DNA of 64,000 nucleotides from sequence record OR525698.1. One strand, 5' to 3'. Within the stretch, counting starts at the first letter, position 1, and each line of letters opens with the position of its first letter. The translations under genes and the position numbers were made by a program. A model generated the notes under the pieces. It was not told the origin of the DNA. It searched no databases and saw nothing but the letters and a program-made list of their open reading frames with translations. Below, one piece after another: positions 16,843 to 25,255 of this stretch. This DNA comes from Escherichia phage vB-Eco-KMB43.

Positions 16843-18894
16843 TTACATTTTAAATTTATCTGGCATTGCGTCTACAGATACCAGATCAGCGATAAGCTGA
16901 CGTAGAGTTGCCTTATCTGCTTTCTTACGTTCGGTTTTAGCTTCGCTAATGAAGCTGGAGAAAGACAGGTCAGAAGCAGGTTTAATAACACCTTCACGGA
17001 TGAATGCATCACCGTCTGCGATCATCTCGCCAGATTCTTGTAATGCTGCCAGTTCATTTTTGTTCATAATATGTGCCTCAATGTAATAAGTTTCTTGTGA
17101 ATCCGTCGATGCCGTAGCACGAGTTACCGTATCAAAGGATAACACAACACCGCGAGGAAGTAAAATCTCGCATTCTTTGTAAGCAAATGCTTTGTTACCT
17201 ACTGGCAACACAGGGATGTTTTCCGCGCCAGCAATGGAGAAAGCAACATTAGCGCCACCTTCACCGCGAGAGCCAGCCATAGAATCAACACCAGCAACGG
17301 CACTAGCCACGTTTGCATTCCAGCCGCCAAAAATGTTAGGTGCAAGGGAAGTGCTCACATAGTTTTTAAAGTAAAACGCTTTTTGCTTACGTGCAGTTTC
17401 CCACATTTGAGTCCGGAAGTCCATACCACGATACAGAATAGTACCCGGATCAAGTTTAACGCCATAGTTGGAGAAGGCATTATCCAGTGCATCGCACATC
17501 TTGACCAATTCTTCTGGATCTGCGATGCCTTCAAACTCTTCCAGCTTACGATCAGTTAGGAAGTTGTTCATATTGATGTATGCTGCATCGGCATATTCGC
17601 TCAATACAAAACCTTCCGCGCCCGGCAGATCAAGATCAATATCTGCCATCATTTCACCCATGTTGCTAGCAATTGCTTCAAACATACCGGAAGCAACATT
17701 ACGTAGGGCATCGGTTTTAATCTGGGTGATATGACTACGCAGCATTTCAGCTTTTACATCTGCTGGCATAGACTGGTCTACTCGATCCATTGCCAGGGCG
17801 GTGATCTTGTTTTCGAATACTTCCTCGCTCATGATTTCTTTTAAGCGTTTGATTGATGCTGCGATAACTTCCGCAGACAACGGATCATATTGATCCTGAA
17901 CTTTTACCAGTTCGCTTACTGCGTATTTTGCATCTGCTTCGCTTTCAAAAATAGTACGCATGAAACCATAGCGAGTGATAATATCACTTGTCCAGTCATT
18001 CAGAGAACGGGCGGTTGAACGTTCTAATGCTTGACGATCAATCAGAGTATTAAACTGTTTCTTAGGTTCGGCTTCGGTGATATCTTCTTCCGGTTTAAGA
18101 TTAATTTTTTCTGGATGATTCACATAGTCGCTGTTATAGGTCGCTTGAGTTTTCAGCATTTCTTCTTTAGTCAAACGAGATTTAGCCGCTACGCGTTGTT
18201 CTGCTTCCGCGTTTCGTTCTTCTTCTGACACAAGACTAGCCGCATACGCCTCATCTTTAGTCAGAGATTCACCAGTAGCCTTAGATACCCAGCGATCACC
18301 TAAATCACTTTCTACTTTAGTGAACAAGGATTCATCAAGTTTAATCCCTTTAATCTTATCAATCGCCATCCCGCGACGCTTGACAACAACTAAAGCGATC
18401 TTTTTGCTGGTCATTACTTCCTGCTGGAATACTTCAAACTTCGGTGTACGACGCACCAAACGCTCTATAACGCGCTTAACCAGTTCGGTCTTACCTTTCA
18501 TGCGGGATACGTTAAAACGGAACATAACAGCGTCTAATTGCGCTTTACGGGCTGTTTCCATAACCACATCAAAAGCACTTGCCATAACTGCAATCGGGTT
18601 ATCTCCTAGACCATTTTTAAGCTGTACAATACGACCGCTTTTGTTCATTTCGCACAGTACAACATGTGCGGTCTTGTCACCCATACGAATGATTTTAGGT
18701 GTTTTGTTGGTGAAGTTACAAAGACGGACAATCACATCTTTATCGCGTGTCTGTACTGCAAAAAGCTGTTTAGGATTCTGCTTAGGCTTTAAGCACTGTA
18801 CCGGAGCAATACTGCCAAAGTTTTCTTCCTCTTCCGTCAACAGCCATTTCTCGAAAGATTCAATCATTAGATCGTCGATTTCTAAGTTAAACAT
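16843..18894 (-). CDS. alt: Alt ADP-ribosyltransferase (head-packaged)
   Basis: 683 aa (T4 Alt is 682 aa); LFTKVESDLGD and C-terminal FYFKNYVSTSLAPNIFGG...ECEILLPRG match T4 Alt. Confidence 0.85.
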   Translation of the reverse strand: MFNLEIDDLMIESFEKWLLTEEEENFGSIAPVQCLKPKQNPKQLFAVQTRDKDVIVRLCNFTNKTPKIIRMGDKTAHVVLCEMNKSGRIVQLKNGLGDNPIAVMASAFDVVMETARKAQLDAVMFRFNVSRMKGKTELVKRVIERLVRRTPKFEVFQQEVMTSKKIALVVVKRRGMAIDKIKGIKLDESLFTKVESDLGDRWVSKATGESLTKDEAYAASLVSEEERNAEAEQRVAAKSRLTKEEMLKTQATYNSDYVNHPEKINLKPEEDITEAEPKKQFNTLIDRQALERSTARSLNDWTSDIITRYGFMRTIFESEADAKYAVSELVKVQDQYDPLSAEVIAASIKRLKEIMSEEVFENKITALAMDRVDQSMPADVKAEMLRSHITQIKTDALRNVASGMFEAIASNMGEMMADIDLDLPGAEGFVLSEYADAAYINMNNFLTDRKLEEFEGIADPEELVKMCDALDNAFSNYGVKLDPGTILYRGMDFRTQMWETARKQKAFYFKNYVSTSLAPNIFGGWNANVASAVAGVDSMAGSRGEGGANVAFSIAGAENIPVLPVGNKAFAYKECEILLPRGVVLSFDTVTRATASTDSQETYYIEAHIMNKNELAALQESGEMIADGDAFIREGVIKPASDLSFSSFISEAKTERKKADKATLRQLIADLVSVDAMPDKFKM

Positions 18895-18940
18895 TTTATA
18901 TCCTCTAGTTGATAACCTATAAACCTATATTTATGAAAAA

Positions 18941-18955
18941 GGGGCTTAACGCCCC
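18941..18955 (-). terminator. candidate terminator between ORF 18962-19174 and alt
   Basis: GGGGC-TTAAC-GCCCC hairpin preceded on the plus strand by AAAAA. Confidence 0.55.
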
Positions 18956-18961
18956 CATTTA

Positions 18962-19174
18962 TTATAATGCACCATCGAGCAATTGCTCTAAGGTGTATCC
19001 TGAATAGTCTTTTTCAATCAGGATATATTTTCCTACTCGTTTAATACAACCGCGCATTTCAACGTATTCTGCGTAGTTGATGGTGCGAGTTGTTCCATCT
19101 TCCAGTAATGCAGTACCGATTTCGTTAATGCGGTCATAAGTTACGTCGGTAATGATGATTTCGATGTTAGCCAT
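18962..19174 (-). CDS. hypothetical protein (70 aa)
   Basis: ORF with AGGAG RBS downstream of a promoter cassette. Confidence 0.55.
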   Translation of the reverse strand: MANIEIIITDVTYDRINEIGTALLEDGTTRTINYAEYVEMRGCIKRVGKYILIEKDYSGYTLEQLLDGAL

Positions 19175-19204
19175 TTGATACTCCTTAGTAGTTCGTTTCG
19201 GTAT

Positions 19205-19245
19205 GGGTGTATTATGATATACACCCTCTGTTATGTCAACAACTT
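19205..19245 (-). promoter_or_regulatory. early promoter cassette (sigma70-like, PeSL-type)
   Basis: Reverse complement reads TTGACA, 17-nt spacer, CATAAT, then conserved leader ACACCCATACCGAAACG. Confidence 0.6.
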
Positions 19246-19425
19246 TTAGAACATTTTTGAAATCAATTCTGCTTTGATTTCGCAGAGAACATCTAAAGAT
19301 TTCTCGTCACCTGCTTTTGCTGCTTCTGCTTGCATTTTTGAAATGGCTTCAATGTCGGTGCAATTATAAGCCGCTTGAACTTTAGCGATTGCGATGATTG
19401 CCGATTCGATGGTTAAGTGTTTCAT
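19246..19425 (-). CDS. small hypothetical protein (59 aa)
   Basis: Manual translation MKHLTIESAIIAIAKVQAAYN...; preceded by promoter cassette and GGGGAATCAAAC RBS. Confidence 0.45.
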   Translation of the reverse strand: MKHLTIESAIIAIAKVQAAYNCTDIEAISKMQAEAAKAGDEKSLDVLCEIKAELISKMF

Positions 19426-19454
19426 GTTTGATTCCCCTTTCGTTTCGGTATGTG

Positions 19455-19490
19455 TGTATTATAGGGGATCACCGATCCCCCTGTCAACAA
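19455..19490 (-). promoter_or_regulatory. early promoter cassette with palindromic spacer
   Basis: Reverse complement TTGACA-GGGGGATCGGTGATCCCC-TATAAT; spacer is a perfect GGGGATC/GATCCCC palindrome. Confidence 0.65.
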
Positions 19491-19498
19491 CTTTTTAG

Positions 19499-20050
19499 TT
19501 ATTTTTTTAATTGCTCATCTTGCAATAGGGCAATCACATGCTGGCGATGTTCTTCCGATTGAGGCACACCGAAAAAGTTTGTTTTGTAGAAATACTCTAA
19601 TCGGTCTTCTCGTGTGCTCTCTTCCATCATGATCGCGGGTAGTCCGAGATTTCGGAAACGTCGCTTTTCTGCTGGCGTAAAATCACTGTAATACAACATA
19701 GAATCATCATTACCAGCAATGCTAAACTCATCCTTCATAAAGGAGAATATTGCGTTTAAACGCTGTTTACCGTCCACGATTTCGATCTCATAGCGAGAGC
19801 CATCATCAATCTTAGCCATTGCGATAGCACCGACCGGAAAATCATTAATCAGGTTTTCGATAAACATACGTTTGTTTTCGGTGTCCCATACCAAAGGACG
19901 CTGATAATCTGGGTTCATGTTGATATAGCCATCTTCTAACCATGCTTCGTAAACAGAGATGACAAAGTTTTTAGTATTGGTATAGTAACGGCGTTTAGGC
20001 GTTAAACGGTTCATGTTATAGTCTCCTGAATGGATCATCACGTAAATCAA
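19499..20050 (-). CDS. DUF262 (ParB-like nuclease domain) protein
   Basis: 183 aa; DYQRPLVW...FPVGAIAMAK...EIVDGKQRLNAI matches the DUF262 DGQQR signature region. Confidence 0.55.
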   Translation of the reverse strand: MIYVMIHSGDYNMNRLTPKRRYYTNTKNFVISVYEAWLEDGYINMNPDYQRPLVWDTENKRMFIENLINDFPVGAIAMAKIDDGSRYEIEIVDGKQRLNAIFSFMKDEFSIAGNDDSMLYYSDFTPAEKRRFRNLGLPAIMMEESTREDRLEYFYKTNFFGVPQSEEHRQHVIALLQDEQLKK

Positions 20051-20348
20051 TATCTTTTAAGAACTCATCCCATGAATGGCGGATATTGTTCTTAATTCTC
20101 CAGATAAGCGCAGGGATTGAACGCTCTCCCATCTGGAAGTATGGATCATATGATCCGTATGCCCAATATGCTACTACAATTCCACAATCAGCGCAATAGT
20201 ATTCTATTTCACTTGCTGGCGACCAAAGTCCATCAATATGATCGGTGATCTTGCTTTCGATGTTATGGCTATGACAATCAGGGCAACGGATGCAATGACC
20301 TTGTTTATCGTAATTTGACGTTAGCGAATACTTAAACAATCTCATCAT
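20016..20348 (-). CDS. small zinc-ribbon-like protein (110 aa)
   Basis: CxxC...CxxC arrangement (CIRCPDC, CADCG); start overlaps the upstream stop. Confidence 0.5.
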   Translation of the reverse strand: MMRLFKYSLTSNYDKQGHCIRCPDCHSHNIESKITDHIDGLWSPASEIEYYCADCGIVVAYWAYGSYDPYFQMGERSIPALIWRIKNNIRHSWDEFLKDIDLRDDPFRRL

Positions 20349-21061
20349 AGATCCTTATTTGCTTCAAATACTGCCTTTGCGAATCCTCGCGGGGTAAGTG
20401 ACCTGATAGTCTTTGTTTTCGTTCCTTTCCCGCCTAGCTTAGAATGCTGTTTACTGTACCCTTTATTAATCTGCAAAGGTTTCTTTTCTGGCATTATAAA
20501 GCCTTGTCCGGTCCATAAGCAAGTCTTTTTCGGGTACATATCACGGGCGGCGATATACTCAGGAAAAGTAGGATGTTTATCATCTTCCGGCAAATAACCG
20601 CCATATTCCCACGGATGGAACATATAATCAGGCTTACGCCACATGCTAGAGATAACGCTTACAGGATTCTCTATCATGTAGGGAACTCCTAGCCATTCAC
20701 CCAAATAAGCGGTTATTTTAGCTGCCCGTACATCATGAACTTGAATCAATGGTCCTTGCTCTCGTTTCTTTCGTTCAAAGTGTGCAGCGCCACTAACAGC
20801 TAAATTGGTGCACGGTGGGAATGCAAAGATAATATCCGGTTTCCCCCATTCAAGGTCCATTGCTCTTTCCAGCCAGTTCAAATCAATCCAGGTGTTTACA
20901 TAGGTAATGTTTGGATGTTCAAATCTGGTATTATACTTTTTGTATGTACCGTGGTCGGCGTCATCCGCATTAAAGCAGACTACCTTATGACCTGCTTTAG
21001 CCCATTCTAGCCCCATTATCCCCGATCCGTCAAAGTTACAGAATATTAATTTTTGTTTCAT
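20345..21061 (-). CDS. C5-cytosine methyltransferase-like protein (divergent, 238 aa)
   Basis: FCNFDGSG (motif I-like), IIFAFPPCTNLAVSG (motif IV-like Pro-Cys), MIENP (ENV-like); no clear motif VIII or X, so family assignment is tentative. Confidence 0.45.
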   Translation of the reverse strand: MKQKLIFCNFDGSGIMGLEWAKAGHKVVCFNADDADHGTYKKYNTRFEHPNITYVNTWIDLNWLERAMDLEWGKPDIIFAFPPCTNLAVSGAAHFERKKREQGPLIQVHDVRAAKITAYLGEWLGVPYMIENPVSVISSMWRKPDYMFHPWEYGGYLPEDDKHPTFPEYIAARDMYPKKTCLWTGQGFIMPEKKPLQINKGYSKQHSKLGGKGTKTKTIRSLTPRGFAKAVFEANKDL

Positions 21062-21303
21062 ATACGCCCCTTTAATCCAACACAGATTTTAGAAGGTTCT
21101 TTGCCGTGCCACATTAAGTAAAGTCCATTAATGCGGCCTTGTTTTGTATATGATTCTTTTCTGATCTTCTTATAGTGTCGTGCTTCCTCAGCCGATTGTT
21201 TAGAATACCAATCATAAAGGAAGAGGCACAAAGGCCAACCATTAGCGGCCTTAATGCAGTTATTAAGAAATTCCTTATTGCGTTTAATTAATTTTCTTTT
21301 CAC
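21058..21303 (-). CDS. hypothetical protein (81 aa)
   Basis: Intact ORF, start overlapping the upstream stop. Confidence 0.5.
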   Translation of the reverse strand: MKRKLIKRNKEFLNNCIKAANGWPLCLFLYDWYSKQSAEEARHYKKIRKESYTKQGRINGLYLMWHGKEPSKICVGLKGRI

Positions 21304-21551
21304 GCTGCCCCCATTGGTTTGATAGTAACAGAATCTAAAAGACCTTTGTTAGCCAGTTCGCGGCAAGTTTTCAGATCCGCAACTTCCCAGCCAGCCGCAA
21401 TCAGGTTATCGATGAGGCTGTTAGCAACTTCTTCGCTCATGAAAGAGCACTGTTTGCCGATGGTGTAGCGTACACGCTGTAATTTCAGTTTACGGAAGCC
21501 TTTAACGTTCAGGTCTTTAGCGATTTTCTTTGCGGTTTCGATGTTAGCCAT
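21300..21551 (-). CDS. hypothetical protein (83 aa)
   Basis: Intact ORF with GGAGAATCAAAC RBS downstream of a promoter cassette. Confidence 0.55.
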   Translation of the reverse strand: MANIETAKKIAKDLNVKGFRKLKLQRVRYTIGKQCSFMSEEVANSLIDNLIAAGWEVADLKTCRELANKGLLDSVTIKPMGAA

Positions 21552-21587
21552 TGTTTGATTCTCCTAAGTGGTATCTAGTCTTGATGG

Positions 21588-21622
21588 TTGTATTGTAGGG
21601 GAGTTATCCTCCCCTGTCAACA
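21588..21622 (-). promoter_or_regulatory. early promoter cassette with palindromic spacer
   Basis: Reverse complement TTGACA-GGGGAGGATAACTCCCC-TACAAT. Confidence 0.6.
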
Positions 21623-21634
21623 CTTTTTATAAAA

Positions 21635-21802
21635 TTATTTGTTAATTTCCGGTGCGTTGCTAGGATAGTAACCTTCTTTAACTCCGAGGTATTTCGCAAC
21701 CATCCCTACAATCTTCTGTGCTACTACAATGTCAAATTTCAGATAATCTTCGCCGTGGGTTTCAATGATATATGCTTCACATGCTGCTTTAGTCTCGAAC
21801 AT
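21635..21802 (-). CDS. small hypothetical protein, paralogue A (55 aa)
   Basis: MFETKAACEAYIIETHGEDYLKFDIVVAQKIVGMVAKYLGVKEGYYPSNAPEINK; near-identical second copy at 25256-25423. Confidence 0.55.
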   Translation of the reverse strand: MFETKAACEAYIIETHGEDYLKFDIVVAQKIVGMVAKYLGVKEGYYPSNAPEINK

Positions 21803-21832
21803 TTTGATTCTCCTATTTCGTTTCGGTATGTG

Positions 21833-21868
21833 TGTATTATAGGGGATCTCCCGATCCCCGTCAACAAC
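21833..21868 (-). promoter_or_regulatory. early promoter cassette with palindromic spacer
   Basis: Reverse complement TTGACG-GGGATCGGGAGATCCCC-TATAAT then conserved leader and GGAGAATCAAAATG. Confidence 0.65.
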
Positions 21869-21880
21869 TTTTTTTTAAAA

Positions 21881-22162
21881 TTATTCGTGATTAGTTTCGA
21901 TGTTGTGCATTTTGCACCAGTTCAGCCAATCACCCAGATCCTGATAGTTAATGCTTTTATCTGCTGCCATCGTTTTTGTCTTGATACCCATATGTGCGTT
22001 ATGAGTAAGCATTTTTACAGTGAACTCAATTTTATCACCTTTAGCTTTAACATCAACCAGTTTGGTCCACTGGCTACCAGCGCCGCGAATGTTCATACCA
22101 ACGATGTTTCCGATGTATGCTTCTTTGTTTTTCAGGATTTCGGTTGCTTTGATGAATTTCAT
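21881..22162 (-). CDS. hypothetical protein (93 aa)
   Basis: Intact ORF with GGAGAATCAAAAATG initiation context. Confidence 0.55.
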   Translation of the reverse strand: MKFIKATEILKNKEAYIGNIVGMNIRGAGSQWTKLVDVKAKGDKIEFTVKMLTHNAHMGIKTKTMAADKSINYQDLGDWLNWCKMHNIETNHE

Positions 22163-22192
22163 TTTTGATTCTCCAGTTCGTTTCGGTATGTG

Positions 22193-22226
22193 TGTATTAT
22201 GCTATTTTCTTACTTTGGTGTCAACA
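22193..22226 (-). promoter_or_regulatory. early promoter cassette
   Basis: Reverse complement TTGACA-N17-CATAAT with conserved leader. Confidence 0.6.
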
Positions 22227-22233
22227 ACTTTTT

Positions 22234-22503
22234 TTAGATATTTTCAGAAATAAATTTTAAAACTTGACGTAAATGTTTCTCATCTTTGATAGTCGCCGGA
22301 AGTTCTTCTTTTACTTCCTGTGCAAGATAGATATTTCCGTTCCAAGTGAAAGATCCGTCTTCGTTTACGCGATAGCTGAACATCCACTCGCAATCATTTT
22401 CGATTTCATATACACACAGAAGAGTGTAATCTTCAAAGCTATTGATTTCAAGGTCGAAGCCGTGACGTTTTGCAAAGTTGGTAGTGGTTTTAGTCAGTGC
22501 CAT
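22234..22503 (-). CDS. hypothetical protein (89 aa)
   Basis: Intact ORF with GGAGAATCAAACAATG initiation context. Confidence 0.55.
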   Translation of the reverse strand: MALTKTTTNFAKRHGFDLEINSFEDYTLLCVYEIENDCEWMFSYRVNEDGSFTWNGNIYLAQEVKEELPATIKDEKHLRQVLKFISENI

Positions 22504-22540
22504 TGTTTGATTCTCCTAAGTGGTATCTCGTCTTGATGGG

Positions 22541-22575
22541 TGTATTATGCTATAGGCGTGATCTGGTGTCAATGC
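22541..22575 (-). promoter_or_regulatory. early promoter cassette
   Basis: Reverse complement TTGACA-N17-CATAAT. Confidence 0.55.
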
Positions 22576-22820
22576 TTTTTTTAATTTTATGCAATAAAAA
22601 GACGACACTAAGGTCGGCACATTTTAAAAATTCTTGCCATATATGCAAGCCTCATAATCTAGAGGATGACCGCCAATCCTACCCGGCTTAATATTCCAAC
22701 CGCATCGATATTTGCTGACCATGCTAACAGTTTCGGTTCTTAGAGCATTTTCTTTGCAAATCATACCCCATAAATTCTTTTCTATAAGGACAGTCCGCTT
22801 TGCAAGTTGGCGGTTCTACG

Positions 22821-23012
22821 TCATTTAGCGGGTCGGAAGCAGTTGGCTTTATTATCAATTCTTTGTTTGCAATAATCATAAGCACATCCCATTGAAGACA
22901 ATTTAACATCTTCGCAATAAGTGTTGAATCCGTCAAACACGGTCACTTCGTATTTGACTCCATCAGCGATAGCTTTTACTTTATACCATCCATGCTTGTA
23001 TAAAATCTTCAT
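22821..23012 (-). CDS. small Cys-rich hypothetical protein (63 aa)
   Basis: ORF with promoter cassette and RBS upstream; overlapped in another frame by ORF 22724-22936, which may hold a second small gene from an internal ATG. Confidence 0.5.
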   Translation of the reverse strand: MKILYKHGWYKVKAIADGVKYEVTVFDGFNTYCEDVKLSSMGCAYDYCKQRIDNKANCFRPAK

Positions 23013-23041
23013 CTTTATTTCCTCAATCTCGTTTCGATGGG

Positions 23042-23077
23042 TGTATTATGCTATAGGCTAGACCAGGTTGTCAACAA
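23042..23077 (-). promoter_or_regulatory. early promoter cassette
   Basis: Reverse complement TTGACA-N18-CATAAT. Confidence 0.55.
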
Positions 23078-23104
23078 CTTTTTTAATTTTTTGGAAATAA
23101 AAAA

Positions 23105-23122
23105 GCCGACGCTAAGGTCGGC
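23105..23122 (-). terminator. candidate terminator downstream of ORF 23131-23439
   Basis: GCCGAC-GCTAAG-GTCGGC hairpin flanked by A-runs on the plus strand. Confidence 0.6.
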
Positions 23123-23130
23123 TAATAAAA

Positions 23131-23439
23131 TCATTTAGACAAATAATCATTCTGTGCAATCCGGTCGGCGTATGCTGGTGTTACGTCAATCGCCAACACT
23201 TTAACGCGTGCTTTCTTGCGACCTGGGTTTTCTCGTAACCAGTGCTCATGACCGTGCACATTTTTATATTTTGATGCGGTTTCGAAGGTACGGATCGGAC
23301 CTGGATAATCTGCGTAAAGGATCTCTAGGTCTTCGGTGATGTAAAAATATACATCATAATTACTGTTCTCTAGTTTAAGCAGAGAATTGCGAAATTGTGG
23401 TAAATTCTCGCGGGTAAATTCAACTACAAGATTTTTCAT
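23131..23439 (-). CDS. member 1 of a tandem paralogue family (HxHW...V.P..AD motif)
   Basis: Start taken at ATG 23437-23439 with GAGGA RBS (track ORF extends further upstream in frame); ...YFYITEDLEILYADY...HGHEHWL...KVLAIDVTPAYAD. Confidence 0.55.
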   Translation of the reverse strand: MKNLVVEFTRENLPQFRNSLLKLENSNYDVYFYITEDLEILYADYPGPIRTFETASKYKNVHGHEHWLRENPGRKKARVKVLAIDVTPAYADRIAQNDYLSK

Positions 23440-23488
23440 AGTGATATCCTCATTCAGATAGATTAAAAGGGGCTTAACGCCCCGTATA

Positions 23489-23776
23489 TTAAAACAGTCC
23501 TTCCTGTACACCGTAGTAGAGTTCGTCACTGATAATTTCATTAATGCGACGGTGTGCATATTCCTGATTTGCGAAGTTGTCAGCAAGTTCTACTTTAGTT
23601 TCGCCGTCATGAGTCCATTTAGTGATAACTTTACCATCTGCAAATTTGAAGTTGAACTCTTTAGCTACTGCATCGCGTACCAGACGTGCGAACTTGTTGT
23701 TACGGATTGCATTATCGGTTTCGTGTGCAGCGTGAGCAAATTTGTTAACTTTCAGAGTGATAGTAATGTATGCCAT
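23489..23776 (-). CDS. hypothetical protein (95 aa), paralogous to ORF 26658-26969
   Basis: Shares ...RLVRDAVAKEFNFK... with ...IREVRKALAKEFNTK... of ORF 26658-26969. Confidence 0.55.
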   Translation of the reverse strand: MAYITITLKVNKFAHAAHETDNAIRNNKFARLVRDAVAKEFNFKFADGKVITKWTHDGETKVELADNFANQEYAHRRINEIISDELYYGVQEGLF

Positions 23777-23819
23777 AATTTGATTCTCCTAGTTAGAAAG
23801 TGTATCTCGTTTCGATGGG

Positions 23820-23853
23820 TGTATTATGCTATACACCCGATCCATTGTCAACG
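23820..23853 (-). promoter_or_regulatory. early promoter cassette with palindrome over the -10 region
   Basis: Reverse complement TTGACA-N17-CATAAT; GGGTGTA...TACACCC inverted repeat. Confidence 0.55.
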
Positions 23854-24183
23854 CCTTTTTATAAAATAATTTTCGATATCTTTATGATGTTTTTCTCGTG
23901 CTTGGTCTGCCTCGGCTGGCGATACGTTGGAAGCGATAATCTTCACTACTGTTGCACCTTTTTCGGTGTCCGACACCCAATGATTATGGAAACCGCTATT
24001 ATTAAACACTTGATAAGAAAATGATTTAATGCTAGGGAAATTATATGTGTAATAGCGTACCTTTAATTCTGAATCTATGTATAGATAGATCACCGCACCT
24101 AGATAGACCGTCTCACTCGTTCCATCAACTAACAGTAGAGTATTTCGCAATTCTTCTAAATTGTCTTTTGTAAGAAAAATCAT
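23848..24183 (-). CDS. member 2 of the tandem paralogue family
   Basis: ...YLYIDSELKVRYYTYNF...GFHNHWVSDTEKGATVVKIIASNVSPAEADQAREKHH. Confidence 0.6.
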   Translation of the reverse strand: MIFLTKDNLEELRNTLLLVDGTSETVYLGAVIYLYIDSELKVRYYTYNFPSIKSFSYQVFNNSGFHNHWVSDTEKGATVVKIIASNVSPAEADQAREKHHKDIENYFIKRR

Positions 24184-24197
24184 AGTATAATCCTCAA

Positions 24198-24533
24198 TTA
24201 AACCAAATTAACTTTGGTGTTGTGGTGTTTTTCTCGTGCTTCGTCCGCTTCTTCCGGTGTCACGTTACGAGCGACTACAATAACACTTGCTGCCTCTCCG
24301 TGATGAGAGATCTCTACCCAATGGTTATGATTTGTGAATCCGTGTTTTATTGCGTAAGCGAACGGCTTGGACGTCCAGTAGTTACTATAATATCGTACAT
24401 TTAGATCGCTATCAATGTACAAATATGTGCTGTCGTTTACATTGCCACTAACAACAAAAACAAGACAATTGCGAAGATCTGGCAATATTTTGTCTGTCAA
24501 TTTTATAATGTGACTGTTCATAATTAACACCAC
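24198..24533 (-). CDS. member 3 of the tandem paralogue family
   Basis: ...YLYIDSDLNVRYYSNYW...HNHNHWVEISHHGEAASVIVVARNVTPEEADEAREKHH. Confidence 0.6.
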   Translation of the reverse strand: MVLIMNSHIIKLTDKILPDLRNCLVFVVSGNVNDSTYLYIDSDLNVRYYSNYWTSKPFAYAIKHGFTNHNHWVEISHHGEAASVIVVARNVTPEEADEAREKHHNTKVNLV

Positions 24534-24733
24534 TCAAGAGTTTTTGAAAACACATCTATCCATTGTTGAGTATATGCAGTTTCTTTCCACGAGACAATAC
24601 CAGTAGAATAATGATTCTTGTTTCCAGAAAAGGACGGGCATTTTGATGCATCTTCCATCATCTTTTCGGCGAACTCTGGTTCGTATACTCGCAAGATCTG
24701 TTGATATGCTTTGTAGTCTTTAAATTTGCTCAT
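24524..24733 (-). CDS. hypothetical protein (69 aa)
   Basis: Intact ORF between paralogue-family members. Confidence 0.45.
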   Translation of the reverse strand: MSKFKDYKAYQQILRVYEPEFAEKMMEDASKCPSFSGNKNHYSTGIVSWKETAYTQQWIDVFSKTLEWC

Positions 24734-24998
24734 AATCGTTAACTACCTTATCAGCTTCTTTTATTGTTTTTACATCAACTGCGATAACCCGTAAAGGTTC
24801 GTCGTGGTTCCACCAATGATCGTGAATATCAGCTTGTGATTTATCACCAAAGGAATCACGAATATCATTTTTACATTTATAGCTAATGTGACCGTCATAG
24901 TCAACATAAAGGTAATTATCGAAAATCGGCGTTTTTAAGATCATGCCGAAAAATCTTTCTTTGTGTGTCTTATCCAGTGTTGCAGTAATTCGCATCAT
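24720..24998 (-). CDS. member 4 of the tandem paralogue family
   Basis: ...YLYVDYDGHISYKC...DIHDHWWNHDEPLRVIAVDVKTIKEADK. Confidence 0.55.
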   Translation of the reverse strand: MMRITATLDKTHKERFFGMILKTPIFDNYLYVDYDGHISYKCKNDIRDSFGDKSQADIHDHWWNHDEPLRVIAVDVKTIKEADKVVNDYEQI

Positions 24999-25010
24999 AA
25001 TATATTCCTC

Positions 25011-25190
25011 TTAGAAAGGGATGGTCATTTCTTGAGCTTGTACATTCTCGTTAGGATTAAACTTCATCCAACCGATATTGTCTACCAGCATATGCACATT
25101 TTTATCATATCCTACGTGAGTAGTCAATACTAAATGTGCTTTACCTTCAACGATGATTTCCATGTACTTCTGAACTTCGATAGCTTTCAT
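25011..25190 (-). CDS. small hypothetical protein (59 aa)
   Basis: Manual translation MKAIEVQKYMEIIVEGKAHLVL...; GGAGAATCAAAAATG initiation context. Confidence 0.45.
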   Translation of the reverse strand: MKAIEVQKYMEIIVEGKAHLVLTTHVGYDKNVHMLVDNIGWMKFNPNENVQAQEMTIPF

Positions 25191-25214
25191 TTTTGATTCT
25201 CCGTTTGTTGTCTT

Positions 25215-25255
25215 GATGGGAGTATATTACTACTCCCTTTAATCATTGTCAACTA
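25215..25255 (-). promoter_or_regulatory. early promoter cassette, class with palindrome spanning the -10
   Basis: Reverse complement TTGACA-N17-TAATAT within GGGAGTAGTAATATACTCCC palindrome. Confidence 0.55.

Noticed and set aside
18320-18922. 200-aa plus-strand ORF overlapping alt (also plus-strand ORFs 5261-5683 inside inh and 44039-45063 inside gene 32)
   Set aside because: Antisense shadow ORFs within strongly supported genes on the opposite strand; low-complexity translations
18895-18960. Late promoter for alt, and similarly for hoc, inh, 25 and 26
   Set aside because: Only near-matches to TATAAATA (for example ATAAATAT, TATAAAAT) on the relevant strand; not annotated because the late consensus is usually exact
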